Origin: a virus
Length of the DNA: 64,000 nucleotides
Strand: one strand, 5' to 3'
IMG/VR virus record: IMGVR_UViG_3300049571_000380
Span: 64,001 to 128,000 of that record
Position numbers and translations under genes: made by a program. Shown here piece after piece: positions 27,048 through 35,755 of this stretch (positions are counted from its first letter, which is position 1; each line of letters begins with the position of its first letter). The notes under the pieces are model-generated. The model was not told the DNA's origin. It searched no databases and saw only the letters and a list, made by a program, of their open reading frames with translations.

Positions 27048-27517
27048 CCGACCTTCAGATCCCGCCGGATGGTGTGATCGCGAAGCTCCCCTTCGAAATC
27101 CCCCAGCCGGGCGACTTCCCCACCATCGGCGGGGTGCGCGTCTACTTCACCTTCGGGCAGGACAACCCCAGCCCGTTCCAGCCCAGGCTCCTGCTGGACG
27201 GCGTGAACTACACGCTCACCGAGAGCGCCACCGGGCCGATGAGCCGGACCTTCATCGCGCAGCTTCCCGCCCCGATGGATGCCCCACGGCAGGCCGAGGT
27301 CTGGGTGAACGAAGGCATCTCGCTGGAGCCTGGCTGCACCATCACGGCATACGCCTGGGGCGCTCAGACCGAGTCCGGCACGGGCGCCCTGAATCCGGAC
27401 GAAGGCGGAGAGCCCAGCACGATGACCGAGACCATCGAACTGGGCACCGTCACAGTGCTGACGTGGCCCGAGTGGAACCGCCTCACGGGCGCGAACGAGG
27501 GACTGGAAGGCTCGTAG
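27044..27517 (+). CDS. Beta-rich minor virion protein
   Basis: Last gene of tail operon; ends LEGS. Confidence 0.6.
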   Translation: MTDLQIPPDGVIAKLPFEIPQPGDFPTIGGVRVYFTFGQDNPSPFQPRLLLDGVNYTLTESATGPMSRTFIAQLPAPMDAPRQAEVWVNEGISLEPGCTITAYAWGAQTESGTGALNPDEGGEPSTMTETIELGTVTVLTWPEWNRLTGANEGLEGS

Positions 27518-28031
27518 CCCGGCCGCCCCTCGGGTAGGCGACGCGGCAGACGGGCAGGTACCTCAGTCGTGTCAGGAACGACACGGCGTGGCGCAGGGAG
27601 TCCCTGACGTGGCGCTGGGCGTGCTCGTGGCCCATATGGAGGCCCAGCGCCTCCAGCACCTCGTCGGGGACCATGTGCTTGGCCTCCACGGGCTCCTGCG
27701 CATGCACGGCCTCGAACAGCTTCCGCTCGAAGGCGAGCTGTTCCACCGATCCGATGACACGCAGGGCCGTGGTGTCCTTCTGGGCCGCGTTGTTGCGCAG
27801 GTGGAAGTTCTCGTACAGGAGCTGGTGCCTTCCGGGGAACCGCTGGCTCCATTCGACGAGCTTCATCGACGGCATAGCGGAGTCCTGCTCCAGCCGTGGG
27901 TCGTAGGGAACCGTGGCCCAGTCGACCAGCTCGAACTCGCGTGGCCGGATGTGAAGCAGGCTCATCCCGGTCTGGCCTCCGGGGTCCATGTTGTTGAGGA
28001 AGTACCCCTGCGCCGCGATCTCCGGACCCAT
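27483..28031 (-). CDS. RuvC-like Holliday junction resolvase
   Basis: DPGGQTG, LLYENFHL, ALRVIGSVE, KHMVPD...RHVRDSLRHAV. Confidence 0.75.
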   Translation of the reverse strand: MGPEIAAQGYFLNNMDPGGQTGMSLLHIRPREFELVDWATVPYDPRLEQDSAMPSMKLVEWSQRFPGRHQLLYENFHLRNNAAQKDTTALRVIGSVEQLAFERKLFEAVHAQEPVEAKHMVPDEVLEALGLHMGHEHAQRHVRDSLRHAVSFLTRLRYLPVCRVAYPRGGRATSLPVPRSRP

Positions 28032-28067
28032 CTGAACATCCCTTCTCTTTCCGATAATTGGTGCCTA

Positions 28068-28274
28068 ATGAGCGAAAAGTCCTGGCGGTACGTGCACGCG
28101 TGGCCGGTTCCCCCCACCGACACGGAAGGCAACCGGCACGAGGTGCAGTACCAGGAGAACGCCGAGACCCGGCAGGTGCGGTACGTGCACCTGCCGAGCT
28201 GCTGGTGCCGGGCTACGCCGCCTTCTCGTAGCAGCCGATCCATGCCCGCGACGACGGGCTCGCCCCGCACGTGA
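28068..28274 (+). CDS. Possible small plus-strand protein (68 aa)
   Basis: MSEKSWRYVHAWPVPP...HLPSCWC fills the gap between resolvase and polymerase; overlaps polA 3' end. Confidence 0.25.
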   Translation: MSEKSWRYVHAWPVPPTDTEGNRHEVQYQENAETRQVRYVHLPSCWCRATPPSRSSRSMPATTGSPRT

Positions 28275-30180
28275 TCGGGACGGTCTCGAAGAAGGTCGTC
28301 AGCGCCTTCATGGCCTTCGCCGAGATCTCCTCGACGCGCTCCTCGGGGACCTCCAGCACGATCTCGTCATGGATCACGAGAACCAGCATCTCCAGCACCT
28401 CGCGGTCCATCCGCAGCAGCCCGTCGCAGAGCAGGTCCCGAGTCGTCGACTGGCCGACCTGGGCGGGCGCCTGCGTGTACTCCTGGCCCGGGATGACCCG
28501 CAGCGGGCGCCCCCACTTGCTGGGCACGAGGCCGGTCTGCTCGGCCTTCCGACGGATCCGGTTGCGCCAGCGGCACAGGACCGGGAAGGCGCGCTTCATC
28601 CCGTTGTCGAACTTCCTGGTGGTCTCCAGCGGCAGCCCGGTGTGGGCCGAGGCGCCCTTCGGGCCCTGGCCGTAGTTCCAGGCGTGGGTGATGGCCTTCG
28701 CCTTGCCGCGCGCCTCGTCGTCTCGGCTGCCGAAGACGCGGAACGCGACCTCGCGGTGCATGTCCATGCCGGGCCGGGCGAGCTTCATGTACTCCGGGTC
28801 CTGGCACCATCCGGCCACGGCTCGGGCGTCGACCTGGTCGAGGTCGATGGCGATGAAGACGTGCCCCCGCTTCGCCTTGAACATCTTGCGCTGGAGCAGC
28901 GCCGCGCCGCGCTTACCGATGTTCGTCACCGAGGGCTTGATGTGGGCCCAGCGGCCGGACGCCTGGATGTCGCCGATCTGCGGGTGCACGCGGCCGTCGG
29001 GGCAGACGTTCTCCAGCACCTCTTCGGCCTTGGCGCTCGCTGAGCCGACCATGATGGCCGCTTCGCACAGCTCCAGCACCTCGGGGTTGTCGGCGTACTT
29101 CCGGCTCAGACCCGGGATGGACTCCTGGCCGCGCAGCCAGGCATCCTTGCCGAGGGCATCTTTCGAGAGGGCGAGCTTGCCGCCGTTCAGGGTGTACGGC
29201 ACGTCCTCGTCGCGGACTCCGGCCCGGCGCAGCGCCCGCTCGAAGGCGTCACGCCCTTCGGTCGTGGTGAGCGGCGAGGCGCCGATCGTCTTGCTGCGCC
29301 ACTTCCAGCCCATGCGCAGGTCGGGGCACGGCCGCAGGAACAGCGACTCGTACAGCGAGCGCACCCGCTTGCCGTGCTTGGTGGTGCGCGGGATCCGCAC
29401 CTCGACGCGCTCCTGCCAGCGGACCTCGGAGTGCGGCAGCGGCACTCCGGCCTTCTCGTGCAGCAGCTCGTACGCCTTGCTGCGCTGCTGCTCGGCCAGC
29501 TTGATCTGCCGGTGGACCTCGTCCATGTCGACGCCGAGACCCTTGAGGTACATGCCGTTCTGGATCGCCGAGATCAGCATCTCGCGCTTGACCACGGGAA
29601 TCAGGTTCCGGCGGTATGCCCGGCGCCCCATCTCGCGGTACACGTCACGCCCGGCAATGAGGTCGCCCCGCAGGTAGTCCCAGTACTCGGCCAGTTTCTG
29701 CGGGATCTTGTCGTAGCCGCCGTACTGCGCGGCCATGCGCGGCAGGTGGTCGGTCTTCCCCTCGAAGCCGTAGCGCTCGGCCACGTCGTTGAGCCGGTAG
29801 CTGATCCGCAGATCAGACGGGGTCAGGCCGCGCCGCGCGAGCGCCTTGAAGTTGAGCTTCACGCCGGGCCGCAGCTTCGGGTACGGCGGGTTGATGGTGC
29901 GCTCGCCCACGAGGGTGTCGACAGCCTTCTCGGCCAGCTCGTGGTAGTTCGCGCCGCAGTGCACGGCCAGGGCCACGAGGTCAAACCCCAATATATTATG
30001 CCCGAATATTATGCTCGCTTCTTTGAGTACGTTTATCAATTCCTGCGGATCCGTAGATACTTGCGGTTCACCGTCATCTACTACCCAACCCACGAGTCTG
30101 ACGAATGGACCTTCGTATCCACCACGAAACAACAATTCAGCACTTGCCGTCTCGATGTCGAATCCAACTACGCCAGCCAT
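28213..30180 (-). CDS. polA: Family A DNA polymerase with 3'-5' exonuclease
   Basis: ExoI FDIET, ExoII GHNILGFD, ExoIII YLRGD; motif A AIDLDQVDAR, motif B KAKAITHAWNYG, motif C IHDE. Confidence 0.92.
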   Translation of the reverse strand: MAGVVGFDIETASAELLFRGGYEGPFVRLVGWVVDDGEPQVSTDPQELINVLKEASIIFGHNILGFDLVALAVHCGANYHELAEKAVDTLVGERTINPPYPKLRPGVKLNFKALARRGLTPSDLRISYRLNDVAERYGFEGKTDHLPRMAAQYGGYDKIPQKLAEYWDYLRGDLIAGRDVYREMGRRAYRRNLIPVVKREMLISAIQNGMYLKGLGVDMDEVHRQIKLAEQQRSKAYELLHEKAGVPLPHSEVRWQERVEVRIPRTTKHGKRVRSLYESLFLRPCPDLRMGWKWRSKTIGASPLTTTEGRDAFERALRRAGVRDEDVPYTLNGGKLALSKDALGKDAWLRGQESIPGLSRKYADNPEVLELCEAAIMVGSASAKAEEVLENVCPDGRVHPQIGDIQASGRWAHIKPSVTNIGKRGAALLQRKMFKAKRGHVFIAIDLDQVDARAVAGWCQDPEYMKLARPGMDMHREVAFRVFGSRDDEARGKAKAITHAWNYGQGPKGASAHTGLPLETTRKFDNGMKRAFPVLCRWRNRIRRKAEQTGLVPSKWGRPLRVIPGQEYTQAPAQVGQSTTRDLLCDGLLRMDREVLEMLVLVIHDEIVLEVPEERVEEISAKAMKALTTFFETVPITCGASPSSRAWIGCYEKAA

Positions 30181-30218
30181 TTCTCCATCTCCTTTCCGGA
30201 TTCACTGAATCGAGATGA

Positions 30219-31130
30219 TTAGGGTAGATGTACCCTAATGAGATTCTGGATGAATCCTTCATGCGATCCATCGAAATACTCTTTGCCTTTAACTGGGTTG
30301 ACTCCTCCGGTGCGAAGAGATTTAATTACTGCCTGCTCCGTTGCGTAAGCAACTCCAGCAGGGAGTCCCCGACGGAGCACCAGGACTTCGGTGAAGCCTG
30401 CTGCGGCGTGGACACCTAGGCGAGGTCGTGGATTCAGACTGGTGATTCCGAATTTCACCCAATTCCGCTCAGGGTTGCGCACCAAGTAGAAGATGTCTTG
30501 ATTCGTCCAGGTGCACTTTAGGCAAATACCTTGCCCGTTTCGAACATTCGCGGGCATCGGCGAACACGCGTGTCCCTCTGAGCAGGTGACCCTATGCGGC
30601 TTCTGGCTTCCCAGCCACGCTTCCTCAAGAAGGGTGGCTCCGATTGCCTTCAGATGCTCCTTGAATGACGTCTCTGCGTCTATGGATTTCTGGAAACGCT
30701 TCGTCCATATTTTATTTGTCTGGCCGCACTTCTCACACAATCCGTTACCTATGTTTACGCTCTGCGGTCTCGGATAAGTTTCATGCCCCTCTGGGCAGAG
30801 TACTCGATGAGGTTGCTTCGACCCCTTCCAGGTTTCTTCGAGGACAATTCCGCCAAGTTCGCCGACACGCTTCCTAAAAGAAGCCTCAGCGGCAAACGAC
30901 GCTTCATCGCGCGTGGATCCTTGACCGGTAACGCGGTCACCACAAAGTCTGCACATGCCATACCCTTTGAGGATATTACACGGCCTTACCTGAGTTGAAT
31001 GTCCAGCCGGGCATAGCACTTCATGGGGTTCACGAAGTCCCGCCCATTCTCCAGAAAATGTTCCGCCCAATTCCTCAATTTTGGATCTAAAGTTTCGTTC
31101 GGCTTCAATCGATTTAGCAGTCCTTGCCAT
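30219..31130 (-). mobile_element. Free-standing homing endonuclease: three zinc-ribbon repeats plus C-terminal GIY-YIG-like domain
   Basis: Three repeats of F...LGG...W.G...PH.V.C..GH...P..V..G.G.C..C; IFYLVR...WVKFGIT...PRPRL...EQAV...KEYF; visibly lower GC than flanks. Confidence 0.8.
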
Positions 31131-31145
31131 CTCTTCCCCTCTCCG

Positions 31146-32093
31146 TCAGGCTGTTCCCGTGGTTGCCGGGAGGAGGTACTTGTCCTCCCAGGCGTAGAGC
31201 AGGCTGTAGTACCTGCCGCCGAGGTGCCGGGCGCGATGTGGCCTAGGCAGCTCGGGGATGCACAAATGGTAGCAGTCCTCACCGTTTCTAGGGACGGGCG
31301 TCGCCGTGAAGATGTTCTCCTTCAAGAGCATTTCCGGGAACAGGTCGCGGACCCACTCCTGGCCGTAGACGTACGGCGCCAGCTCCACGTCCCGCTGACT
31401 CGCCATGCCCTGCCAGAACATCTGGTCCTCGCGCGAGCGCACCGACAGCGTGTCCAGGTCCGGGCCGACCGGCGTGAACTGCACCCCGCGCGACGGCTCC
31501 AGCAGGACCACTTTCGGGACGCCCGTGAGCCGGGACGCCATCGCCTCGGGTACGCCCTTGTCGCGGACGATGTCGGCGGCGAACAGGCGGAAAGCTGTAT
31601 CCCCGCGTGTCGCCGCCTCCAGGGCCAGGTGCACCACCCGCATGTCACAGGACCCGAGCACTCGCGTGGCCTGCATACCATCGGGCCGGACCATCCACTT
31701 CTGGCAGGTCGTCGAGGGCAGCTCGGTCATCTCCTCGAAGAAGGAGGAGCTGAAGAGCATCAGCGGGCTGAGCAGGGTCACCGCCGCCAGCCGACGCCGC
31801 CTGCTCCACCTGCGGCGGTTTACGTGGGCCCACCAGGTGAAGGAGAGGATCTGACCCCTCTCCACCGGGCTGTACACGTGGAGCAGATCGACGTCGGCCG
31901 GGTTGGTGTTGTACGGGCTGCGGAAGACGGTCCGGTTGGGGGCGTCCATGACGCGCTCCACGGCCCTCACGAGGTGCGGAAAGCGGTGCAGTGAGGGAAC
32001 GAGCGTCCTGGCCCGGGAGACGCGCTCCTGGGGCGTTCCGTAGCGGTCCCCGGGCGGCCTCCCCGGCGGGCGCCCGGTCGGCTTTCGGGCCAC
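31146..32093 (-). CDS. Hypothetical, probably DNA-binding protein
   Basis: AT-hook-like N-terminus RKPTGRPPGRPP; HTH-like VPEAMASRLTGVPK; in replication operon. Confidence 0.65.
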   Translation of the reverse strand: MARKPTGRPPGRPPGDRYGTPQERVSRARTLVPSLHRFPHLVRAVERVMDAPNRTVFRSPYNTNPADVDLLHVYSPVERGQILSFTWWAHVNRRRWSRRRRLAAVTLLSPLMLFSSSFFEEMTELPSTTCQKWMVRPDGMQATRVLGSCDMRVVHLALEAATRGDTAFRLFAADIVRDKGVPEAMASRLTGVPKVVLLEPSRGVQFTPVGPDLDTLSVRSREDQMFWQGMASQRDVELAPYVYGQEWVRDLFPEMLLKENIFTATPVPRNGEDCYHLCIPELPRPHRARHLGGRYYSLLYAWEDKYLLPATTGTA

Positions 32094-32105
32094 GCTTCCT
32101 CCGGG

Positions 32106-34391
32106 TCAGCTCCGTGCGATCGGTACGTACCGCACCCTTCCGCGTTCCATCGTCTTGTGAATCAGGCCCGCCTTGGCGAGCACATGCAGGTCCGATTCGA
32201 TGTCCCTCTCCTGGATCTTAGAGCGGAACCGTGAATAGATGTCCTGCTCCGTGACGCCCTCCTTCCGCGCCTGGATCGCGGTGAGGATTTCGTTCTGCCG
32301 GGCCGCCCATTCCGAGTGGAGAATCTTGCCCGCGACGCGCGCCGTCGAGCGGTACCACTCCTCGGTCAGGTGCATGGCCTTGAGCAGGTGCGGCATCCGT
32401 ACGATCTTCTCGCGCTCGGACATCGCGATGAGGACGGCCATCTTCATCATCGAGTCGCCCATGCGCGAGGTCGTGGGCAGCAGCACTTCGGCCAGTTCGT
32501 GCTTGTCGGCCGCCGCATACAGCTCCCACTTGGCCTTCTGGAGACGCCGCCAGGTCGGGTCGTCGAAGGGGATCATCACCGTGTCGCCCGGCTTGGTCTC
32601 CTCCATCCAGAAGGCCCGCGCGGCGAACATGTCGTTGAGCAGTCCCTGGCGCATCACGTCGTCGGCCGGGGTCTGACCGTCGAACTGCTCGGTGAACATG
32701 CCCTCTTCGGTCATCGGCGGCGGGTCGGCCTCTGCGATGAGGAATCGGGCCAGGTGGCCGGACTGGTAGTCGCCGATCGTCAGGTGTTCGGTGACCTGCT
32801 GGAGCGTGCCGCACAGGAACATCAGGAAGTTCGTACGGATGACCGATAGATCGCGGTCTTCGTGCTCCTTCAGGTTGCCCACGCGCAGGGCGATCCGGAC
32901 GCGGCCGGTGAACAGCTCCGTCATGTGTTCACGCACACCCGCCAGGTACCGCTTCGCGGCCTGCTCGTACAGCAGACCGTGCGCCTCGTCCCGGTAGAAC
33001 ACCGAGGAGCGGCCATTGCGGTCGGGGAGGATGACGCTCAGGGCTTCCGAGGTCACATCGGAACCCAGCAGGTACGGGAAGGTGTCGTTGGACAGCTCGT
33101 CCAGGAAGTCGACCCACATCATCATCGCGGTCGTCTTCCGGGCCCGGGTGGTCGGGCCGAGGATGAAGAACCAGAGCGTGAGGTTGGTGTCGAACTTCGT
33201 GGGGCACTTGCCGAACTCGCCCAGCACAGTGGACAGGACCGTCGCGGCGCCCGCCCGGTGGTAGCAGGACGGTGCGTCGGTGCGCGTCTCGGCCCACTGC
33301 TGGTACCGGTCGACGAAGGTGTCCATCGGAACCTTGTCGCGCTCCTCGGGCAGGAGGATGGACACGGCCTCGGCGAAGTCGGCGAGCTTCTTCTCCGGGT
33401 TCTCTTCGCTCTCGTCTGCCTCCTTGCGGAAGCCGATGTCGGAGAAGCTGTTGCGCTTGGGCTGGTTGTCGGGGTGGTCGTACGCCTTGCAGAGCTGCTG
33501 CCACAGCTCCTCTTCCGGCCGCCCGTCGATCTTGTACTTGTTGCACTTCGCCGACCACGCGATGTGCATGGCCGTGATGCGGGAGACGTTCAGCCGGGAC
33601 AGCAGGCTGAGCAGCTTCCACAGGGTCTTCGACCGGTCCTGGTCCGGCTTCAGGTCGGCCGCGTACAGGTCGTGGACCTCGGGGCTGGAGCGGAACACCT
33701 CGGCCGACTCGCGGATCGACTGCTGGGAGAAGTACCAGTCGCTCTTCGGCGGCATGTCGCTGGCGACGCTCGGCCGGTCCTGAGTGCTGTAGGGCGGATA
33801 GACGCTGGCCAGCGCCTTCATCGTGTACGTGGCGCCCATCTTCGGCTGGGGTACCTGCCAGCGCGGGCGGCCGTGCCGGGAGTACTTGTTGTTCGCGGTG
33901 CCCGGCACGCGCAGAAGCTGGCCAGCATCCCAACCGCTGGGGTCGCAGCCGTCGCGGGTGTGCTCGGAGGCGATGGCCCGGGAGATGTCGATGAGCTGCT
34001 GCGGATCGTCGGTCTCGGTGACCCAGTACAGGTGATGGCGCCCCTCGGACGTCTCGACCGCCATCGTCGGTTCGACCTTCAAGCGATCCAGGGGCAGCGT
34101 GTCGGCGTCGGCGTAGGCGGCCCACTGGTGGGCGATGTTGCCGCCCTTGCGGCTGCTCCGGGTGCGGAACAGGGCGGGCACTGTGTAGACGTCCTTGTCG
34201 CTGCTGCCCAGGCAGAAGGCAACGAGGTCATCCCGCTGCGAGGGCCACGCGAAGAAGGTGGTCTGCGTCGGGCCCGTCTTTTCATCCGGGTCGTACACGC
34301 CGCCCGGGAACAGTGAGATCGCGACGAAGCCCAGATCCTTTCCGTCGTCGTTGTTCTTCGGAAAGAGGGTGTCGAAGAAGACGAAGCTCAC
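32106..34391 (-). CDS. Primase-helicase (RepB-type primase plus DUF3987-like ATPase and wHTH)
   Basis: AYADAD, VETSEGRHHLYW, WDAGQLLRVPGT; Walker A-like GPTTRARKTT, FYRDEAHG. Confidence 0.85.
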   Translation of the reverse strand: MSFVFFDTLFPKNNDDGKDLGFVAISLFPGGVYDPDEKTGPTQTTFFAWPSQRDDLVAFCLGSSDKDVYTVPALFRTRSSRKGGNIAHQWAAYADADTLPLDRLKVEPTMAVETSEGRHHLYWVTETDDPQQLIDISRAIASEHTRDGCDPSGWDAGQLLRVPGTANNKYSRHGRPRWQVPQPKMGATYTMKALASVYPPYSTQDRPSVASDMPPKSDWYFSQQSIRESAEVFRSSPEVHDLYAADLKPDQDRSKTLWKLLSLLSRLNVSRITAMHIAWSAKCNKYKIDGRPEEELWQQLCKAYDHPDNQPKRNSFSDIGFRKEADESEENPEKKLADFAEAVSILLPEERDKVPMDTFVDRYQQWAETRTDAPSCYHRAGAATVLSTVLGEFGKCPTKFDTNLTLWFFILGPTTRARKTTAMMMWVDFLDELSNDTFPYLLGSDVTSEALSVILPDRNGRSSVFYRDEAHGLLYEQAAKRYLAGVREHMTELFTGRVRIALRVGNLKEHEDRDLSVIRTNFLMFLCGTLQQVTEHLTIGDYQSGHLARFLIAEADPPPMTEEGMFTEQFDGQTPADDVMRQGLLNDMFAARAFWMEETKPGDTVMIPFDDPTWRRLQKAKWELYAAADKHELAEVLLPTTSRMGDSMMKMAVLIAMSEREKIVRMPHLLKAMHLTEEWYRSTARVAGKILHSEWAARQNEILTAIQARKEGVTEQDIYSRFRSKIQERDIESDLHVLAKAGLIHKTMERGRVRYVPIARS

Positions 34392-34431
34392 CCGCGCCCC
34401 TCCCTTTCTCGTGCGACTTTCCGGACGCAGA

Positions 34432-34461
34432 ACGGGCGGGACCCCGGAAGGCCCCGCCCGT
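34432..34461 (-). terminator. Hairpin between SSB-like gene and primase
   Basis: ACGGGCGGG...CCCGCCCGT inverted repeat. Confidence 0.5.
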
Positions 34462-34512
34462 CATGAACCGGGCGGATAACCGATCGTATCCGCACAGCTC
34501 ATCTTGCTGCGA

Positions 34513-35724
34513 TCAGAGGTTCTTGGCGCCCGCGAACTCGTCGAGGCCGCCGCCCTCGCCGTCCTCGTCCTTGGCCACCTCGGTCCACTGCGTGCCCAGC
34601 CAGACGGCGGTGACCGTCTTGCCGGTGCGCAGGAGGACGTCCACGAACACGCCCGGCGTCTTGTCCTGCGCGATGGCGCCGACCGTGCCCCAGGTGATCT
34701 CGCCGGAGACCGTCTCGCCGTTGCGCATCTCGACCTCGACCTTGCGCTCCGGCACCGGCAGGAACTTGGTCTTCAGGTAGTCGGTGGTCTGCGCGTAGTC
34801 CTCCATCAGCGGCGCGGAGTTCTCACCCCGGTCGGCGATGGCGTAGACCCGGTCGTCGACCTTGACCAGCAGCTTCTCGTTGCCCTCCCAGACCTGGCCG
34901 GAGCCGTCGTTGAGGATGTAGCCGCTGCCGTCCTGCGGGGAGAAGACGGTGACCGGGGCGCCGGTCTCGGTGTCGACCAGCACGTTGATCGGCTGGTTGT
35001 TGCCGTCGAGGCGCGGGCGACTCTTGGTCTTCGTGGACAGCGTGATGCACGCCATCACGATCTTGCCCTCGATCCGCTTGGCGATCTCCGGCATCGTCTT
35101 GAGGCTGACCTTTTCGCCGGGCTGCGTGGCGTTGGCGGCGACGCGCAGGGTGCGGCCGTCCTCGTTCTTGTAGCCCTTGCGGCCGGAGCGCTGCTCCTTG
35201 AAGAAGGCCGTCTTGATCGTGAGCGCGGGGCTCTCGATCTCGTACGGGTACCGGCGCTGGCCGAACTCCGGCGCGACGTGGTTGGCCTCGCAGATGAAGT
35301 ACGGCAGCTCCATCTCGGTGACGACCTCGGTGGCGCCGGTCTGAAGGGCGGCCTCGACCTGGTCGAACGGCACGTAGACGCGCTTCTTGCCGTCCTCGCC
35401 GACCTTCACCGCGACGCAGACCTTGGAGGAGAGGCGCGGGGTGTGCTTCTCCTTGAACTCGGCCACCGAGATCCGGATCGGGACCCACATCTTGTCCTTG
35501 AGGCCCACGTCGAGCGGGTTGACGTAGGTGTTGCCCGCCTCGTAGACGCGCACCTCCTCGTCGGACTCCTCCTCCTCCAGCTCCATCTCGGCGCCCGCGA
35601 AGAGGTCGTCCAGCTCGGCGTCCAGGTCGACACCCGCGAGGACGTCGCCCTCGGCCGGGGCCGCGTCGTTCACGTCGGCACCCTCGGGCTGGTTGAACGG
35701 GTCGAACTCGGTGTTGTCGCTCAT
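34513..35724 (-). CDS. Acidic replication/recombination protein, possibly single-stranded DNA binding
   Basis: Between RecT-like and primase genes; acidic termini (EDGEGGGLDEF); function inferred from position only. Confidence 0.55.
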   Translation of the reverse strand: MSDNTEFDPFNQPEGADVNDAAPAEGDVLAGVDLDAELDDLFAGAEMELEEEESDEEVRVYEAGNTYVNPLDVGLKDKMWVPIRISVAEFKEKHTPRLSSKVCVAVKVGEDGKKRVYVPFDQVEAALQTGATEVVTEMELPYFICEANHVAPEFGQRRYPYEIESPALTIKTAFFKEQRSGRKGYKNEDGRTLRVAANATQPGEKVSLKTMPEIAKRIEGKIVMACITLSTKTKSRPRLDGNNQPINVLVDTETGAPVTVFSPQDGSGYILNDGSGQVWEGNEKLLVKVDDRVYAIADRGENSAPLMEDYAQTTDYLKTKFLPVPERKVEVEMRNGETVSGEITWGTVGAIAQDKTPGVFVDVLLRTGKTVTAVWLGTQWTEVAKDEDGEGGGLDEFAGAKNL

Positions 35725-35755
35725 GGTGTTCTTGTCCTTGTCCTTGTGGTCCGCG

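Noticed and set aside
28213-30180. 2-aminoadenine (Z-genome) system suggested by the odd PolA plus MazG-like gene
   Set aside because: No PurZ or DatZ homologue visible; evidence insufficient
30414-30421. CCTAGG inside the homing endonuclease gene
   Set aside because: Only the core matches, mid-gene in low-GC DNA; likely chance, not counted as an operator
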